From contig PBEC01000018.1 of NCBI GenBank assembly GCA_002717515.1, positions 198,630 to 262,629 on the forward strand: a stretch of 64,000 bases of DNA. The letters are read 5' to 3'. Positions 41,661 to 51,802 of the stretch are shown here, one piece after another; the first letter of the stretch is position 1; the number at the start of each line of letters is the position of its first letter. This DNA is from Flavobacteriales bacterium. GTDB taxonomy: Bacteria > Bacteroidota > Bacteroidia > Flavobacteriales_C > GCA-002722245. The translations under genes were made by a program, and so were the position numbers. The notes beneath the pieces are model-generated. The model did not search any database. It was not told the DNA's origin and worked only from the letters and a program-made list of their open reading frames with translations.

Positions 41661-42437
41661 ATGGACAATCGTATCAAGAACATAATGGGCTTTTTACTGA
41701 TTTCAGCCTTTCTTGTTTTTGTATCGTTTACAAAAAATGAGCAGGGTAAAAGATCAGTCAAAAGCGTTTTTGTTTCTATTGATGCAACGAAAGGGGATGC
41801 TTTCATGGACAAGGATGATGTTATTGATTTAGTTTATTCAAGGTACGACACCTTGTTGGGGAAATCTTTTCACTCTCTGTGCTTGAATGGAATTGAAAAT
41901 TTATTAAAAAGTCAATCTTCAGTAAAGAGTGCTGAGGTGTATGTTGAACAAAACGGTAGTGTAAAGTTAGATGTCGAATTAAGAAAAGTAATAGCCCGAA
42001 TAAAACCAGATTCAACCCCTGGATTTTACATTGATGAGGAGGGCTTTTCAATGACATGGCAAACAAAATACTCACCGCGTGTATTAACAATAACGGGGCA
42101 TCTAGCCAAGTACAACAGATATTTGAAAGATACTATGGTTGATGAGGATATTGCTACTCATTTTAAATTGGTAAATGATGTTTACGAATTTGCTAAATAT
42201 GTAAATAAAAACTCTTTTTGGAAGGCCCAAATTGGGCAGGTTTACATAAATAAAAATGGAGATGCTGTTCTAATTCCCTTAATTGGAAATGAGGAGTTTG
42301 TATTTGGAGAGCTTACAAATTACAAAGATAAATTTGATAAAATTAATAGGTATTATGATGAAATTGCCCCGAAATTAGGTTGGAACAAGTACAAAGAGGT
42401 GAATGTGAAGTATGATCGGCAAATAGTTTGCAAATAA
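41661..42437 (+). CDS. ftsQ: Cell division protein FtsQ/DivIB
   Basis: N-terminal TM helix, Bacteroidota-type C-terminus KYDRQIVCK, and position between murC and ftsA. Confidence 0.85.
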   Translation: MDNRIKNIMGFLLISAFLVFVSFTKNEQGKRSVKSVFVSIDATKGDAFMDKDDVIDLVYSRYDTLLGKSFHSLCLNGIENLLKSQSSVKSAEVYVEQNGSVKLDVELRKVIARIKPDSTPGFYIDEEGFSMTWQTKYSPRVLTITGHLAKYNRYLKDTMVDEDIATHFKLVNDVYEFAKYVNKNSFWKAQIGQVYINKNGDAVLIPLIGNEEFVFGELTNYKDKFDKINRYYDEIAPKLGWNKYKEVNVKYDRQIVCK

Positions 42438-42447
42438 AGAAATTAGG

Positions 42448-43710
42448 ATGAGTAATTCAGGAAAAAAAGATATAGTTGTAGGGTTAGATATTGGAACTAC
42501 CAAGATTGTTTGTATGGTAGGAAGCAAAAATGAATTTGGGAAAATTGAAATTCTTGGGATGGGTAAGTCTGAGTCTGTAGGGGTTTCTAGAGGAGTAGTT
42601 TCCAATATCGATAAAACGGTAGAGAGTATTAAAACAGCAGTTGCTGAGGCGGAGGCACAATCCGGGGTAAATATTCGCGTTGTAAATGTGGGTATTGCGG
42701 GTCAGCATATTAAGAGTCTACAACATAGAGGAGAAAAGATACGTCATACGGGTGAAGATGAAATAGACCAGAAGGATATTGACGGTCTAATTGATGATAT
42801 GTACAAGTTGGTAACGCTTCCTGGTGAGGAAATAATCCATGTTCTTCCTCAAGAGTATATTGTTGATAATGAACAGGGTATAAAAGAACCTATTGGGATG
42901 GCCGGGACGCGATTGGAGGCTAATTTTCATATTATAACGGGTCAAATTACTGCTGCTAAAAACATACACAAATGCGTTGAAAAGGCAGGACTTCAAGTTG
43001 CCGAATTAATTTTGGAACCTTTAGCTTCCTCAGAAGCCGTTTTAAGTGATGAAGAGAAAGAAGCAGGGATTGCTCTTGTTGATATTGGAGGAGGAACAAC
43101 TGATATAGCTATTTTTCAGGATCAGATTATTCGACATACTGCAGTCATTCCTTTTGGTGGTAATATAGTGACAGAGGATATTAAGGAGGGTTGTACTATC
43201 ATTAAATCTCAAGCTGAGTTATTAAAAGTAAAGTTTGGTTCGGCATTAGCCAATGAAAATCAAGAAAACGAAATAGTGAGTATTCCCGGATTAAGGGGAA
43301 GATCTCCAAAAGAAATCTCGGTTAAAAATTTAGCTCATATTATCCAGGCTAGATTGGAGGAAATTATTGAAAACGTATATTTTGAAATAAAAAATTCAGG
43401 CTTCGAAAAAAAATTAATAGGAGGTATTGTAATTACAGGGGGAGGCTCTCAGCTCAAACACATTTGTCAGCTTGTAGAGTACATGACGGGAATGGATACA
43501 AGAATTGGTTATCCAAACGAACACCTGGCAAGTGGTAATTCTGATGAAATTACGAGTCCTGTATTTGCAACAGGTGTAGGATTAGTCATAAAAGGATTAG
43601 AAAAAAGAACAATAAATCCAGTAACGGGTCATTCTGAAAAAGAAAAAGGAAACTTTTTTGATGTTATATTAAAGCCGGTTAGTGATTTTTTTAAAGATGA
43701 TTCAGAATAA
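42448..43710 (+). CDS. ftsA: Cell division protein FtsA
   Basis: GLDIGTTK, VDIGGGTTD and ITGGGS. Confidence 0.97.
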   Translation: MSNSGKKDIVVGLDIGTTKIVCMVGSKNEFGKIEILGMGKSESVGVSRGVVSNIDKTVESIKTAVAEAEAQSGVNIRVVNVGIAGQHIKSLQHRGEKIRHTGEDEIDQKDIDGLIDDMYKLVTLPGEEIIHVLPQEYIVDNEQGIKEPIGMAGTRLEANFHIITGQITAAKNIHKCVEKAGLQVAELILEPLASSEAVLSDEEKEAGIALVDIGGGTTDIAIFQDQIIRHTAVIPFGGNIVTEDIKEGCTIIKSQAELLKVKFGSALANENQENEIVSIPGLRGRSPKEISVKNLAHIIQARLEEIIENVYFEIKNSGFEKKLIGGIVITGGGSQLKHICQLVEYMTGMDTRIGYPNEHLASGNSDEITSPVFATGVGLVIKGLEKRTINPVTGHSEKEKGNFFDVILKPVSDFFKDDSE

Positions 43711-43733
43711 AAATATTAAAACCAACCAATGTT

Positions 43734-45473
43734 ATGATGCAATTTGAAATTGAAAACTCAGAAAGCTCCATCATCAAGGTATTTGGTGTAGGGGGAGGTG
43801 GGTCCAACGCGGTTAACCACATGTATAATGCCGGTATTAAAGGTGTTGACTTTTTTATATGTAATACTGACGAGCAGTCACTTGAAATGAGTCCTGTTCC
43901 TAATAAAATTCAATTAGGACTTAACTTGACAGGTGGTCGAGGAGCAGGTTCAATTGCTGAAGTAGGAAAAAATGCAGCAATTGAAAATATTGATGAAATA
44001 AAGGAAATCCTGGAAAAGGATACTAAAATGCTTTTCATCACAGCTGGAATGGGAGGAGGAACCGGAACCGGTGCAGCTCCGATTATTGCCAGACTGGCTA
44101 AAGAGTTGGGTATTTTGACCGTAGCAATAGTGACCTATCCCTTTGGATTTGAAGGAAGAAAAAGGTCGAATCAAGCCGATAATGGACTTGAGGAATTGCG
44201 TGACTCTGTCGATACATGTGTAATTATTTGTAACGATAAACTGAGAGAGATATATGGAAACCTTTCTCTTTCCGATGCATTTGCAAAAGCAGACGATATA
44301 CTAACTACCGCTGCGAAAGGAATTGCAGAAATTATAACTCGAACAGGGTATATAAATGTCGATTTTGAAGATGTAAGAACTGTAATGACTGACAGTGGAG
44401 TTGCGATAATGGGATCATCATTAGCCTCCGGAGAAAATAGAGCAATTAAGGCAGCACAAGAAGCTTTAGAGTCTCCCTTATTAAACGACAATAATATTGA
44501 GGGAGCAAATTACATTTTATTAAATATCACATCGGGCAATAATGAAGTGATGATGGACGAGATTTCTCAAATCACGGATTATATTCAAGATGAAGCTGGA
44601 TTATCTGCTGATATAATTTGGGGTACAGGACGAGATGAGGATTTGGGTGATAATATCTCTATTACACTAATCGCTACAGGTTTTGAAGCCAATAAATCAA
44701 TAGGGGGTATTCAAACAGAGAGAAAAAAGGAAAAGCTTGTTCATGATTTAAAATTGGATGATTCTGTTGTTTCGAAAACAACTGATGTTAAAAATACAAT
44801 GCAAAGTCAAGAGAATTCACTTGAGCCTGAATTAAAGACACAAGAAACTCCAAAAGCCGAGCAAATTAAAATGGAATTGGATGTTCCGGTTGTTGAAAAA
44901 GATGGAGATACGATGCAAAATATAAATTCAACGCATATTGAAACTACTCAAAATGCTGTTTCTGAACCTGCATCTTCACCAAAGATAGTTCATAATTTAT
45001 ATGAGGAATCTGATTTGGAGCAATCCTATGAAGAAGTCTCTAAAAGTGATTTAAATTATGAAGGAACTAAGTTTGATTTTACAACTAAACAAGAAGATTC
45101 TAATGAGGGTTCTAATTTCGAACCTAGTTTTAATGAAGTTACTAATTCAGAAGATACAACTTTTATTCATGAAATAAAGTCTTCTCCAGAACAAGCCAAC
45201 ACTACATTTGCAGATGAGTTAGATGCTGAAGAGAGGTTGAAAAGATCTCAAGAGAGGTTAATGAAGTTGAATCACTTGACTTCAAAATTAAAATCTCCTT
45301 CAAGTATAAGTGATTTGGAGGATGAACCGGCATATATAAGAAAAAAAGTTAAGCTTGATAATGTCGAGCATTCATCTGAAAATAAAACTTCGAGATTTAC
45401 ACTTGGGGACGATGGAGACAATAATCCAGAAATTCGTCCAAATAATTCTTTTTTGCACGATAACGTCGATTAA
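43734..45473 (+). CDS. ftsZ: Cell division protein FtsZ (long-linker Bacteroidota form)
   Basis: GVGGGGSN, GGGTGTG and NVDFED, then a long acidic linker, EPAYIRK and terminal NNSFLHDNVD. Confidence 0.98.
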   Translation: MMQFEIENSESSIIKVFGVGGGGSNAVNHMYNAGIKGVDFFICNTDEQSLEMSPVPNKIQLGLNLTGGRGAGSIAEVGKNAAIENIDEIKEILEKDTKMLFITAGMGGGTGTGAAPIIARLAKELGILTVAIVTYPFGFEGRKRSNQADNGLEELRDSVDTCVIICNDKLREIYGNLSLSDAFAKADDILTTAAKGIAEIITRTGYINVDFEDVRTVMTDSGVAIMGSSLASGENRAIKAAQEALESPLLNDNNIEGANYILLNITSGNNEVMMDEISQITDYIQDEAGLSADIIWGTGRDEDLGDNISITLIATGFEANKSIGGIQTERKKEKLVHDLKLDDSVVSKTTDVKNTMQSQENSLEPELKTQETPKAEQIKMELDVPVVEKDGDTMQNINSTHIETTQNAVSEPASSPKIVHNLYEESDLEQSYEEVSKSDLNYEGTKFDFTTKQEDSNEGSNFEPSFNEVTNSEDTTFIHEIKSSPEQANTTFADELDAEERLKRSQERLMKLNHLTSKLKSPSSISDLEDEPAYIRKKVKLDNVEHSSENKTSRFTLGDDGDNNPEIRPNNSFLHDNVD

Positions 45474-45504
45474 TTTAGGACTTACATAACATTTTGGTTA
45501 AATC

Positions 45505-45530
45505 GCCCCTACGTATTGTAGGGGCTTTTT
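45505..45530 (+). terminator. Intrinsic terminator of the dcw operon
   Basis: GCCCCTAC-GTATT-GTAGGGGC followed by TTTTT, after ftsZ. Confidence 0.88.
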
Positions 45531-45630
45531 ATTTAATTATGAATAAAACTAACACAATGATTCTGAATAAAAACTTTAAACTCTTTCGAAAAATTATAAA
45601 CTTACACCTATTTTAGAAAAAAACAATGCA

Positions 45631-46581
45631 ATGAAATATACGGCTTTGGTGTACGGGGGATTTTCAGGCGAGTCTGAAATTTCAAAAAAAAGTGCAAAAG
45701 AAATATTTAATTCTTTTGACTCCACAATCAATCATCCTGTTTTGGTTCGGATAGTAAATAAAAATTGGATTGCCGAGTATAATGAGGAAGAATATTCGAT
45801 TGATAAAAACGATTTTTCATTTTATGTAAATGGAGAAAAAATACAATTTAGTTCTGTTTTTAATATTATACATGGGACTCCAGGGGAAGATGGTAAATTA
45901 GCTGGTTATTTCGATTTACTCGGTATCCCTTATAATTCATCGGATCTTTTATCAAGTGCACTGACGTTTAATAAGAACTGGTGTAATCGATTTTTGAGTA
46001 CGTATGACATTACTGTTCCAAAGTCCGTTGTTTTTTATAAAGATGAAGATAACTCAGCGCTTTATTCTAAGCTTGATTATCCATGTTTTGTAAAACCGAA
46101 CAATGGAGGTTCATCAATAGGAACTCATAAAGTCGCAAATGAAAAGGATTTGAAAACTGCCTTGCAGGATGCTTTTCATCATGATACAGAAGTCATCGTT
46201 GAGGAATTTATTGAAGGAAGAGAGTTTTCGGTCGGAATTATTAAGCACGAAGATAAAGAGAAGGTAATGCCAATAACGGAAATAATAGTAAATTCAGAGT
46301 TTTTTGATTTTAATCAAAAATATTCTGAACAGGGCGCGAAGGAAATAACTCCTGCAGATTTATCCGAAGAGAAAACCTTGGAATGTCAGAATATTGTTCG
46401 AAAAGTATTCAAGCTTTTACGACTTAACAAAGTGGCAAGAATCGATTTTATTTTGAACAAAGACATCTTTTATTTAATCGAGGTAAATACAATTCCTGGA
46501 ATGAGTTCAAGAAGTATTCTCCCTAAGCAAGCAGAATATGAAAAAATTAGCTTTAAAGATTTAATATGTATTTTATCTTAA
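45631..46581 (+). CDS. ddl: D-alanine--D-alanine ligase
   Basis: GGFSGESEIS, IHGTPGEDG, KPNNGGSSIG, an omega loop ending in KY, and EVNTIPG. Confidence 0.93.
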   Translation: MKYTALVYGGFSGESEISKKSAKEIFNSFDSTINHPVLVRIVNKNWIAEYNEEEYSIDKNDFSFYVNGEKIQFSSVFNIIHGTPGEDGKLAGYFDLLGIPYNSSDLLSSALTFNKNWCNRFLSTYDITVPKSVVFYKDEDNSALYSKLDYPCFVKPNNGGSSIGTHKVANEKDLKTALQDAFHHDTEVIVEEFIEGREFSVGIIKHEDKEKVMPITEIIVNSEFFDFNQKYSEQGAKEITPADLSEEKTLECQNIVRKVFKLLRLNKVARIDFILNKDIFYLIEVNTIPGMSSRSILPKQAEYEKISFKDLICILS

Positions 46582-49500
46582 AATAAAAGTTGGACTTGCA
46601 TATTTCCGGTGTGTACGGCCTTAATAGTCTCTGAATTCCTTCCCTCATAATTCAAACTGATTTGAAAATTATTTTTAAATGAGCGTTGATAACTTGCTCT
46701 CCAAGTGTAATTTGTTCCTATTTGAAATCCTTCTAAAAGTTCAAAAAGTAATGGTGAGTTATTCGCTTGTGACCCATCAAATACGGTAGAAATGTAATCT
46801 GTGCCAAGGGTCATTCTGCCTTTAGAAATTAGGTTGTAAGTTATTTCAATTCCTATTTTTTTAAATTCTGCTTTTCCTCCTCCAAAAACATTATTGTTCG
46901 TTTTATCCTTAAATGCGGTAACGATTGAACTTCGAAAGCTTGAACCTTTTTGGTATGTAAATTTAGGTTCTACTACGTAACTTTTAATTTCGTAATTGTT
47001 GTCCTCAGAAAGCTCAGATAATCGTGATTTTGTAATTAACTCCACTTTATTTCTGAACGTGAATTTTTTTGCAATATTCCATCTTAGGTCTATAGAGTTG
47101 GAAGTCAATGATCTGCCTTCAAAACCAGATATTAAAAGAGTTTTATTTTGATTTGTACGTACTGTATAATTCATCCCGATTATTGGGTTAGATCGATTGA
47201 AATATATAGTGTTTCTAATTGAGGATGAAGTAGAAATTAAATTTGTGTCGTTTATTCCATTTTGAAAAGGAATTTGAATTCTTTTTTTTTGGCTCTTAGA
47301 AGTTTTTGTATTTAATTTCATTAAAAACTGATTATTGAAACGAGTAATGAGTTTATTAATTTTCTTATCCCTTTTTAGATATCGAGCAGGATTGATGTTT
47401 AAGGATTGATTAAATTCGTTATTGTACGTTTTTATGAGATCGGAAGTTGGTAAGGATACTTTTATGTAATTATTTTGATCTTGAAAATCAGAAACCACAA
47501 ATTCAGTGAAATCTTGGATAGAATCGTTGTTAAAATCAATCCATGCATAATTTCCCTGTCCTGGATTAACTTCTACGAATTGAAATTGTCTTTTAATTTC
47601 GCTTCCTGAAGCAGTTTCAAAAAACGAAGATGAATTTATCAACCCCTTTAGAAGCTTAAATTTATAATCAAATCGATTCAATAGTGTGTTTTCAGGTTTT
47701 TCATTTACTAAATCATTATTGTCAATAGATAATTCTCGGAATACAGAATTCCAAAGAAATTTTGTTCCTTTCTTATTGAGATAAATAAATTTAGTACCAG
47801 CATTATTGGCTGTAGTAACTTTATTCATCACATTATTTAGTGGTAGGTAGTCTATTCTTTGATTACCAGTAAAGCTTAGGTTAATTGAATTTGATTTTTT
47901 TAAATTCAATTCTGAACCGTAAACGGTGTATCGGAATGAGTTGGATTCAAGAGTGTCGACATTTGAATTATTGACTAAATTATACTCCTCTTCTTCCCAT
48001 ATTTTCAAACTTATACTATTATTGAGTCTATATTTATAGGTTACCAAATGTCTTAAAAATTGACTTTTCTGAGTATTACCCTCTGATTGCAAATAACTAC
48101 CCTTTCCATTTAAAGTTCCTTTTTTTCCAATTTTACTATTGAGATCAACAGCAGACTTAAAACCATAATATTCATTTTGTCTGTTAATGTATGATAAATC
48201 GATACCAAAAACCCTTTTATTTAAATAGATTTTATTCCATTTTAAGCTCAATATTTGTTCGGTATTTTGGGGAGTCGAAGAGCTTAAATTGAAATCTCTA
48301 TTGAACTCTACAGATCTGAAACGTTCTATTGATCTGAAATTTTTATTAATGAGTTGATAGCTAAATTCAGTATTGAAAATCCGAGTTTTTGGGGACTCTT
48401 TGGTATTTTCCTCATTTAATTTTTTAATTTTTTGATTTTTTAAAGTGGTTTTTAAAGCAATTCCCTGATTGTCCTTTTTGTGTTTTTTCGAAAAAAGATT
48501 TTGATTTCTTTTACTAAAAGCAGATTCGAAAAAAAAGGTTGAGTTTTTATGTTTGTAGCTTGATCCAATTGTAAGCATTTGATTTTGTTTGGGAGCAATT
48601 AGTTGATTTATGGGTTCATAACTCCCTTGCATAGTTCCGTTTAATGGTGGTATCCATTCATATACACGGCCATTAATATTGGAACTGGAGAGGGTATAGT
48701 TTCCATTTCCTTGACCAACATTACTAAATCCTAAACTATAAATGGCACTATCGGGATTATTACTGTATTGATAGTAAGTATAGTTGATGGAATCAATTAT
48801 TGTATCGGACTTTTTATACAATATTTGATTAGAATTATATTCAACAGTATCAATTCGAGGTGACACGGCAAACTGTAAACTATCACCAACATCACTTAAC
48901 AGCTGAATCTGATCGTTCGACAAGGACTGGTTTAGCTGCTGAAATTTCATGTCTTGTTCGGTGTAAAAGTTAATGAAAAATTTACCTTTTTGATTGGAAA
49001 TTTCATTTCGTGAAGTAAAAAGAGATCTCCCGTAATTTTGATCTGAATATTGGAACTCTACAATGATTCTTTTGTCTTTTGTTATGATTTGGTTGGTAGT
49101 AAAAGTAATTTCTGCTGAGTTATAATCGATGACATAGTCACCGTCCATTCCTCTGGATAATAATTTACCGTCAATATAAACTCGTTCTGTACCTGAAAGA
49201 ATAATTATAAACCGTTCATTTTCTGCACCAAAAAGTTGATATGGACCCTGATTCCCTTCAATTCCAAGAATACTTTGTCGATTGAATTTTCCACGCGACA
49301 ATGCAACATCTGATTTTGTTGATAAAACAGCCGATTTTTTAAAAAGTTTGGAAGTGTATTTTCCAGAATAACTTATACCCTGAGCTTTTTTATTGAATTT
49401 CAGAAAAACATCATTTGATTCTTTTGTTTGAAAATCTCCTGCAATAAGTCGGTGGTCATCTTTTGAGAATTGAATGAATACTTTATCAAAGTCCTGAAGA

Positions 49501-50078
49501 GTTTGAGTGTTTCCCTGAGGTTGAATAGGTATATTATTATCGGTTACTGAGGCTAAAATCTCTATGCCTTGAAACGTACCCGCAAGTTTCAAGTTCATAT
49601 TAGAATTTACAGATAAATCTCTTGTATTACCTATGTTAATTCCTCTTGAGATACTTCCACTTTTTTGTAATGAATTTGATCCGAAAAGGTCTTCTCTATT
49701 AAGCGTTTTAGGAGTATAGTAATAAGGGTTTTTGGTTAGTATTTTTTTTCTGCCGTTTTCATTTTGATTCTTCAAGCTTCTGTTTTGTACAGTGGAAGTA
49801 AAATTCAATGGATAGGATTTGTAACGAACAAAGATAGAATCGGTGTTTTTTTGTTTAAAAAGAATATATCCTTTAAAATAATTTATGCGATAATAACTAC
49901 TGTCCATATTGATGTAAAAGCTTCCTGGGATAATTGATAAAGAATCAATTTGTACAGAGTCAAGAACTGGAATTTTTTTTGTGGTAAAGTTGCTGAAATT
50001 CTTTTGAGAATATCCCAGATATGAGATCATAATCAATCCTAAAATAGAGCAGTATTTAATCCGGTTATAAAAGTTCAA
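46578..50078 (-). CDS. Large predicted outer-membrane beta-barrel protein (uncharacterised, with a SprA-like segment)
   Basis: 1166 aa with a signal peptide, extensive amphipathic beta pattern and C-terminal Phe. Contains the segment GTERVYIDGKLLSRGMDGDYVIDYN. Confidence 0.75.
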   Translation of the reverse strand: MNFYNRIKYCSILGLIMISYLGYSQKNFSNFTTKKIPVLDSVQIDSLSIIPGSFYINMDSSYYRINYFKGYILFKQKNTDSIFVRYKSYPLNFTSTVQNRSLKNQNENGRKKILTKNPYYYTPKTLNREDLFGSNSLQKSGSISRGINIGNTRDLSVNSNMNLKLAGTFQGIEILASVTDNNIPIQPQGNTQTLQDFDKVFIQFSKDDHRLIAGDFQTKESNDVFLKFNKKAQGISYSGKYTSKLFKKSAVLSTKSDVALSRGKFNRQSILGIEGNQGPYQLFGAENERFIIILSGTERVYIDGKLLSRGMDGDYVIDYNSAEITFTTNQIITKDKRIIVEFQYSDQNYGRSLFTSRNEISNQKGKFFINFYTEQDMKFQQLNQSLSNDQIQLLSDVGDSLQFAVSPRIDTVEYNSNQILYKKSDTIIDSINYTYYQYSNNPDSAIYSLGFSNVGQGNGNYTLSSSNINGRVYEWIPPLNGTMQGSYEPINQLIAPKQNQMLTIGSSYKHKNSTFFFESAFSKRNQNLFSKKHKKDNQGIALKTTLKNQKIKKLNEENTKESPKTRIFNTEFSYQLINKNFRSIERFRSVEFNRDFNLSSSTPQNTEQILSLKWNKIYLNKRVFGIDLSYINRQNEYYGFKSAVDLNSKIGKKGTLNGKGSYLQSEGNTQKSQFLRHLVTYKYRLNNSISLKIWEEEEYNLVNNSNVDTLESNSFRYTVYGSELNLKKSNSINLSFTGNQRIDYLPLNNVMNKVTTANNAGTKFIYLNKKGTKFLWNSVFRELSIDNNDLVNEKPENTLLNRFDYKFKLLKGLINSSSFFETASGSEIKRQFQFVEVNPGQGNYAWIDFNNDSIQDFTEFVVSDFQDQNNYIKVSLPTSDLIKTYNNEFNQSLNINPARYLKRDKKINKLITRFNNQFLMKLNTKTSKSQKKRIQIPFQNGINDTNLISTSSSIRNTIYFNRSNPIIGMNYTVRTNQNKTLLISGFEGRSLTSNSIDLRWNIAKKFTFRNKVELITKSRLSELSEDNNYEIKSYVVEPKFTYQKGSSFRSSIVTAFKDKTNNNVFGGGKAEFKKIGIEITYNLISKGRMTLGTDYISTVFDGSQANNSPLLFELLEGFQIGTNYTWRASYQRSFKNNFQISLNYEGRNSETIKAVHTGNMQVQLLF

Positions 50079-50230
50079 AACCCTTTATTCGTAATAACGA
50101 AAATACGATATCAAAATTTTATTCTTCCATGGTTTATTAAGGAATTGCACAGAATACTGTTAGTAATAAACAACTTTGACAAAATCTTGGCAGTAATTTT
50201 GCCGTTACATTTGTAAAAGAGGGATGCCTT

Positions 50231-51256
50231 ATGAAAAATATAGTTAAGATTTTAATCGTTGGAGGAATTTTGGGAACATCAATTTCAAGTTGTGTTCCTA
50301 AACGAAAATTAGATGATGTTACTGCAAATTATAACGCAGAAAAAGCAAAGTCTCAAGAATTACATTCTAAAAATGTACAGTTGGAGTCTGCAAATAGTGA
50401 ACTTGAAAATAAAATGGTTGATATGGATAAACGTATGTCAGCGCTGCAAAATGACACCTCAGTTCAAGGAACATCTCTACGCCAGTTAACAACCAATTAT
50501 GATCAATTGGACAAAACTTACAGAGAATTACTTGCCTTAAAGGATTTGAATAAGAAGAAAGCAGAAGAGTTGGTGATGAGATATATGCAAGAGATTGAGA
50601 ATACAAGAAGCACTCTTCAAGTAAAGGAAGATAAACTTAACGATGCAGAAAGATCTCTGGCAGAGAAAGAAGCCAATTTAAAGCAAAAAACAAAAGAGCT
50701 TAATCAGGCAATGGCTGATATTGAACAGAGAGCAAAAAGGATTGCTGAATTACAATCGGAAATAACAAGAAGAGATTCATTAGCGAAAGCTTTAGAGGAT
50801 AAAATTAGAAAAGCTCTTTTTGGACTAGAAGATGAAGGGATTACAATGGAAATGAGAAATGGAAAAGTATACATTTCACTGGATAATGAACTGTTGTTTA
50901 AACCAGGTAGCTATAAGGCTGATGAAAAAGGAAAACAAGCACTTAAGAAACTAGCGAAAGCCTTAAAGGGAAATAACGATATTAATATCACTGTTGAGGG
51001 TCATACTGATACGGACAAATATCATGGAGGACCTCAATTAAAAGACAATTGGGACTTAAGTGTAATGAGAGGTACAGAAATTGTAAAAGTGTTAGAAAGT
51101 TTTAAAGTAGATCCTAAGCGATTAACAGCTAGTGGAAAAGGACAGCATTCTCCATTAGATCCTGCTAAAACTTCAGAAGCTAAAAAGAAAAACAGAAGAA
51201 CAGATATCGTATTAACGCCGAGGTTGGACGTATTTGAAGAAATATTAAAGAATTAA
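50231..51256 (+). CDS. OmpA/MotB-family lipoprotein with a long coiled coil
   Basis: Lipobox ISSC, coiled coil, and VEGHTD, NWDLSVMR and KNRRTDI motifs. TACATTTG promoter box upstream. Confidence 0.88.
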   Translation: MKNIVKILIVGGILGTSISSCVPKRKLDDVTANYNAEKAKSQELHSKNVQLESANSELENKMVDMDKRMSALQNDTSVQGTSLRQLTTNYDQLDKTYRELLALKDLNKKKAEELVMRYMQEIENTRSTLQVKEDKLNDAERSLAEKEANLKQKTKELNQAMADIEQRAKRIAELQSEITRRDSLAKALEDKIRKALFGLEDEGITMEMRNGKVYISLDNELLFKPGSYKADEKGKQALKKLAKALKGNNDINITVEGHTDTDKYHGGPQLKDNWDLSVMRGTEIVKVLESFKVDPKRLTASGKGQHSPLDPAKTSEAKKKNRRTDIVLTPRLDVFEEILKN

Positions 51257-51302
51257 AATTCTCTTTCTACAAGGTTGGTTTCCAACCCTGATTTTGCTAA
51301 GT

Positions 51303-51334
51303 GAAGTGGTGCGTGAGCACCACTTCTTTCTTTT
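51303..51334 (+). terminator. Intrinsic terminator with GNRA tetraloop
   Basis: GAAGTGGTGC-GTGA-GCACCACTTC followed by TTTCTTTT. Confidence 0.88.
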
Positions 51335-51785
51335 AATATACTTTAAGAATTTTCCATTTTTTACTGTTAAACTCAATACAATCTCCAGTTTTTTTGTTTT
51401 GAAGAGCTTTTCCTATCGGAGAAACTAAAGAAACAATCATAACTTCTTGTTCATTTATAACTAAATTTCCGAATGGAATCGAAATGTATAGCCATCCATA
51501 ATTAGTTTGGATCAATGAGCCTAAAGTAATGTGTGTGTCTTTTTTTTGAAGATTAATTTTACCTGAAAGTTTTTTGAGTACAAAAAGTTGATCTAATTGT
51601 CGGTTTAATTTTTCCTCTTCAATGTGCATCATGGCTCTAGATGTATTATGCTTATCTCCAGCCGTAGATTCAGATGCTGTTTTTAAACTTTCTTTTTGGA
51701 TTTTAAGCGCTCGCTGAACATTTTCTATTCTGACATCAAGCTGTTTAGTCATTTTTTCGTGAATGACCTCTTTTTTCATAATCAT
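51333..51785 (-). CDS. GreA/GreB-like protein
   Basis: N-terminal coiled coil with STAGDKHNTSRAMMH and C-terminal SLVSPIGKAL..KKTGD. Confidence 0.75.
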   Translation of the reverse strand: MIMKKEVIHEKMTKQLDVRIENVQRALKIQKESLKTASESTAGDKHNTSRAMMHIEEEKLNRQLDQLFVLKKLSGKINLQKKDTHITLGSLIQTNYGWLYISIPFGNLVINEQEVMIVSLVSPIGKALQNKKTGDCIEFNSKKWKILKVY

Positions 51786-51802
51786 AAAAAAATAATAAAT
51801 GA

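Noticed and set aside
44700-45230. Long acidic low-complexity insert in FtsZ as an intein or novel domain
   Set aside because: No intein motifs are present, and long linkers are typical of Bacteroidota FtsZ.
50231-51256. Flagellar MotB stator
   Set aside because: It is a lipoprotein without the MotB TM Asp helix, and there are no motA or flagellar genes. It fits a common Bacteroidota peptidoglycan-binding protein.
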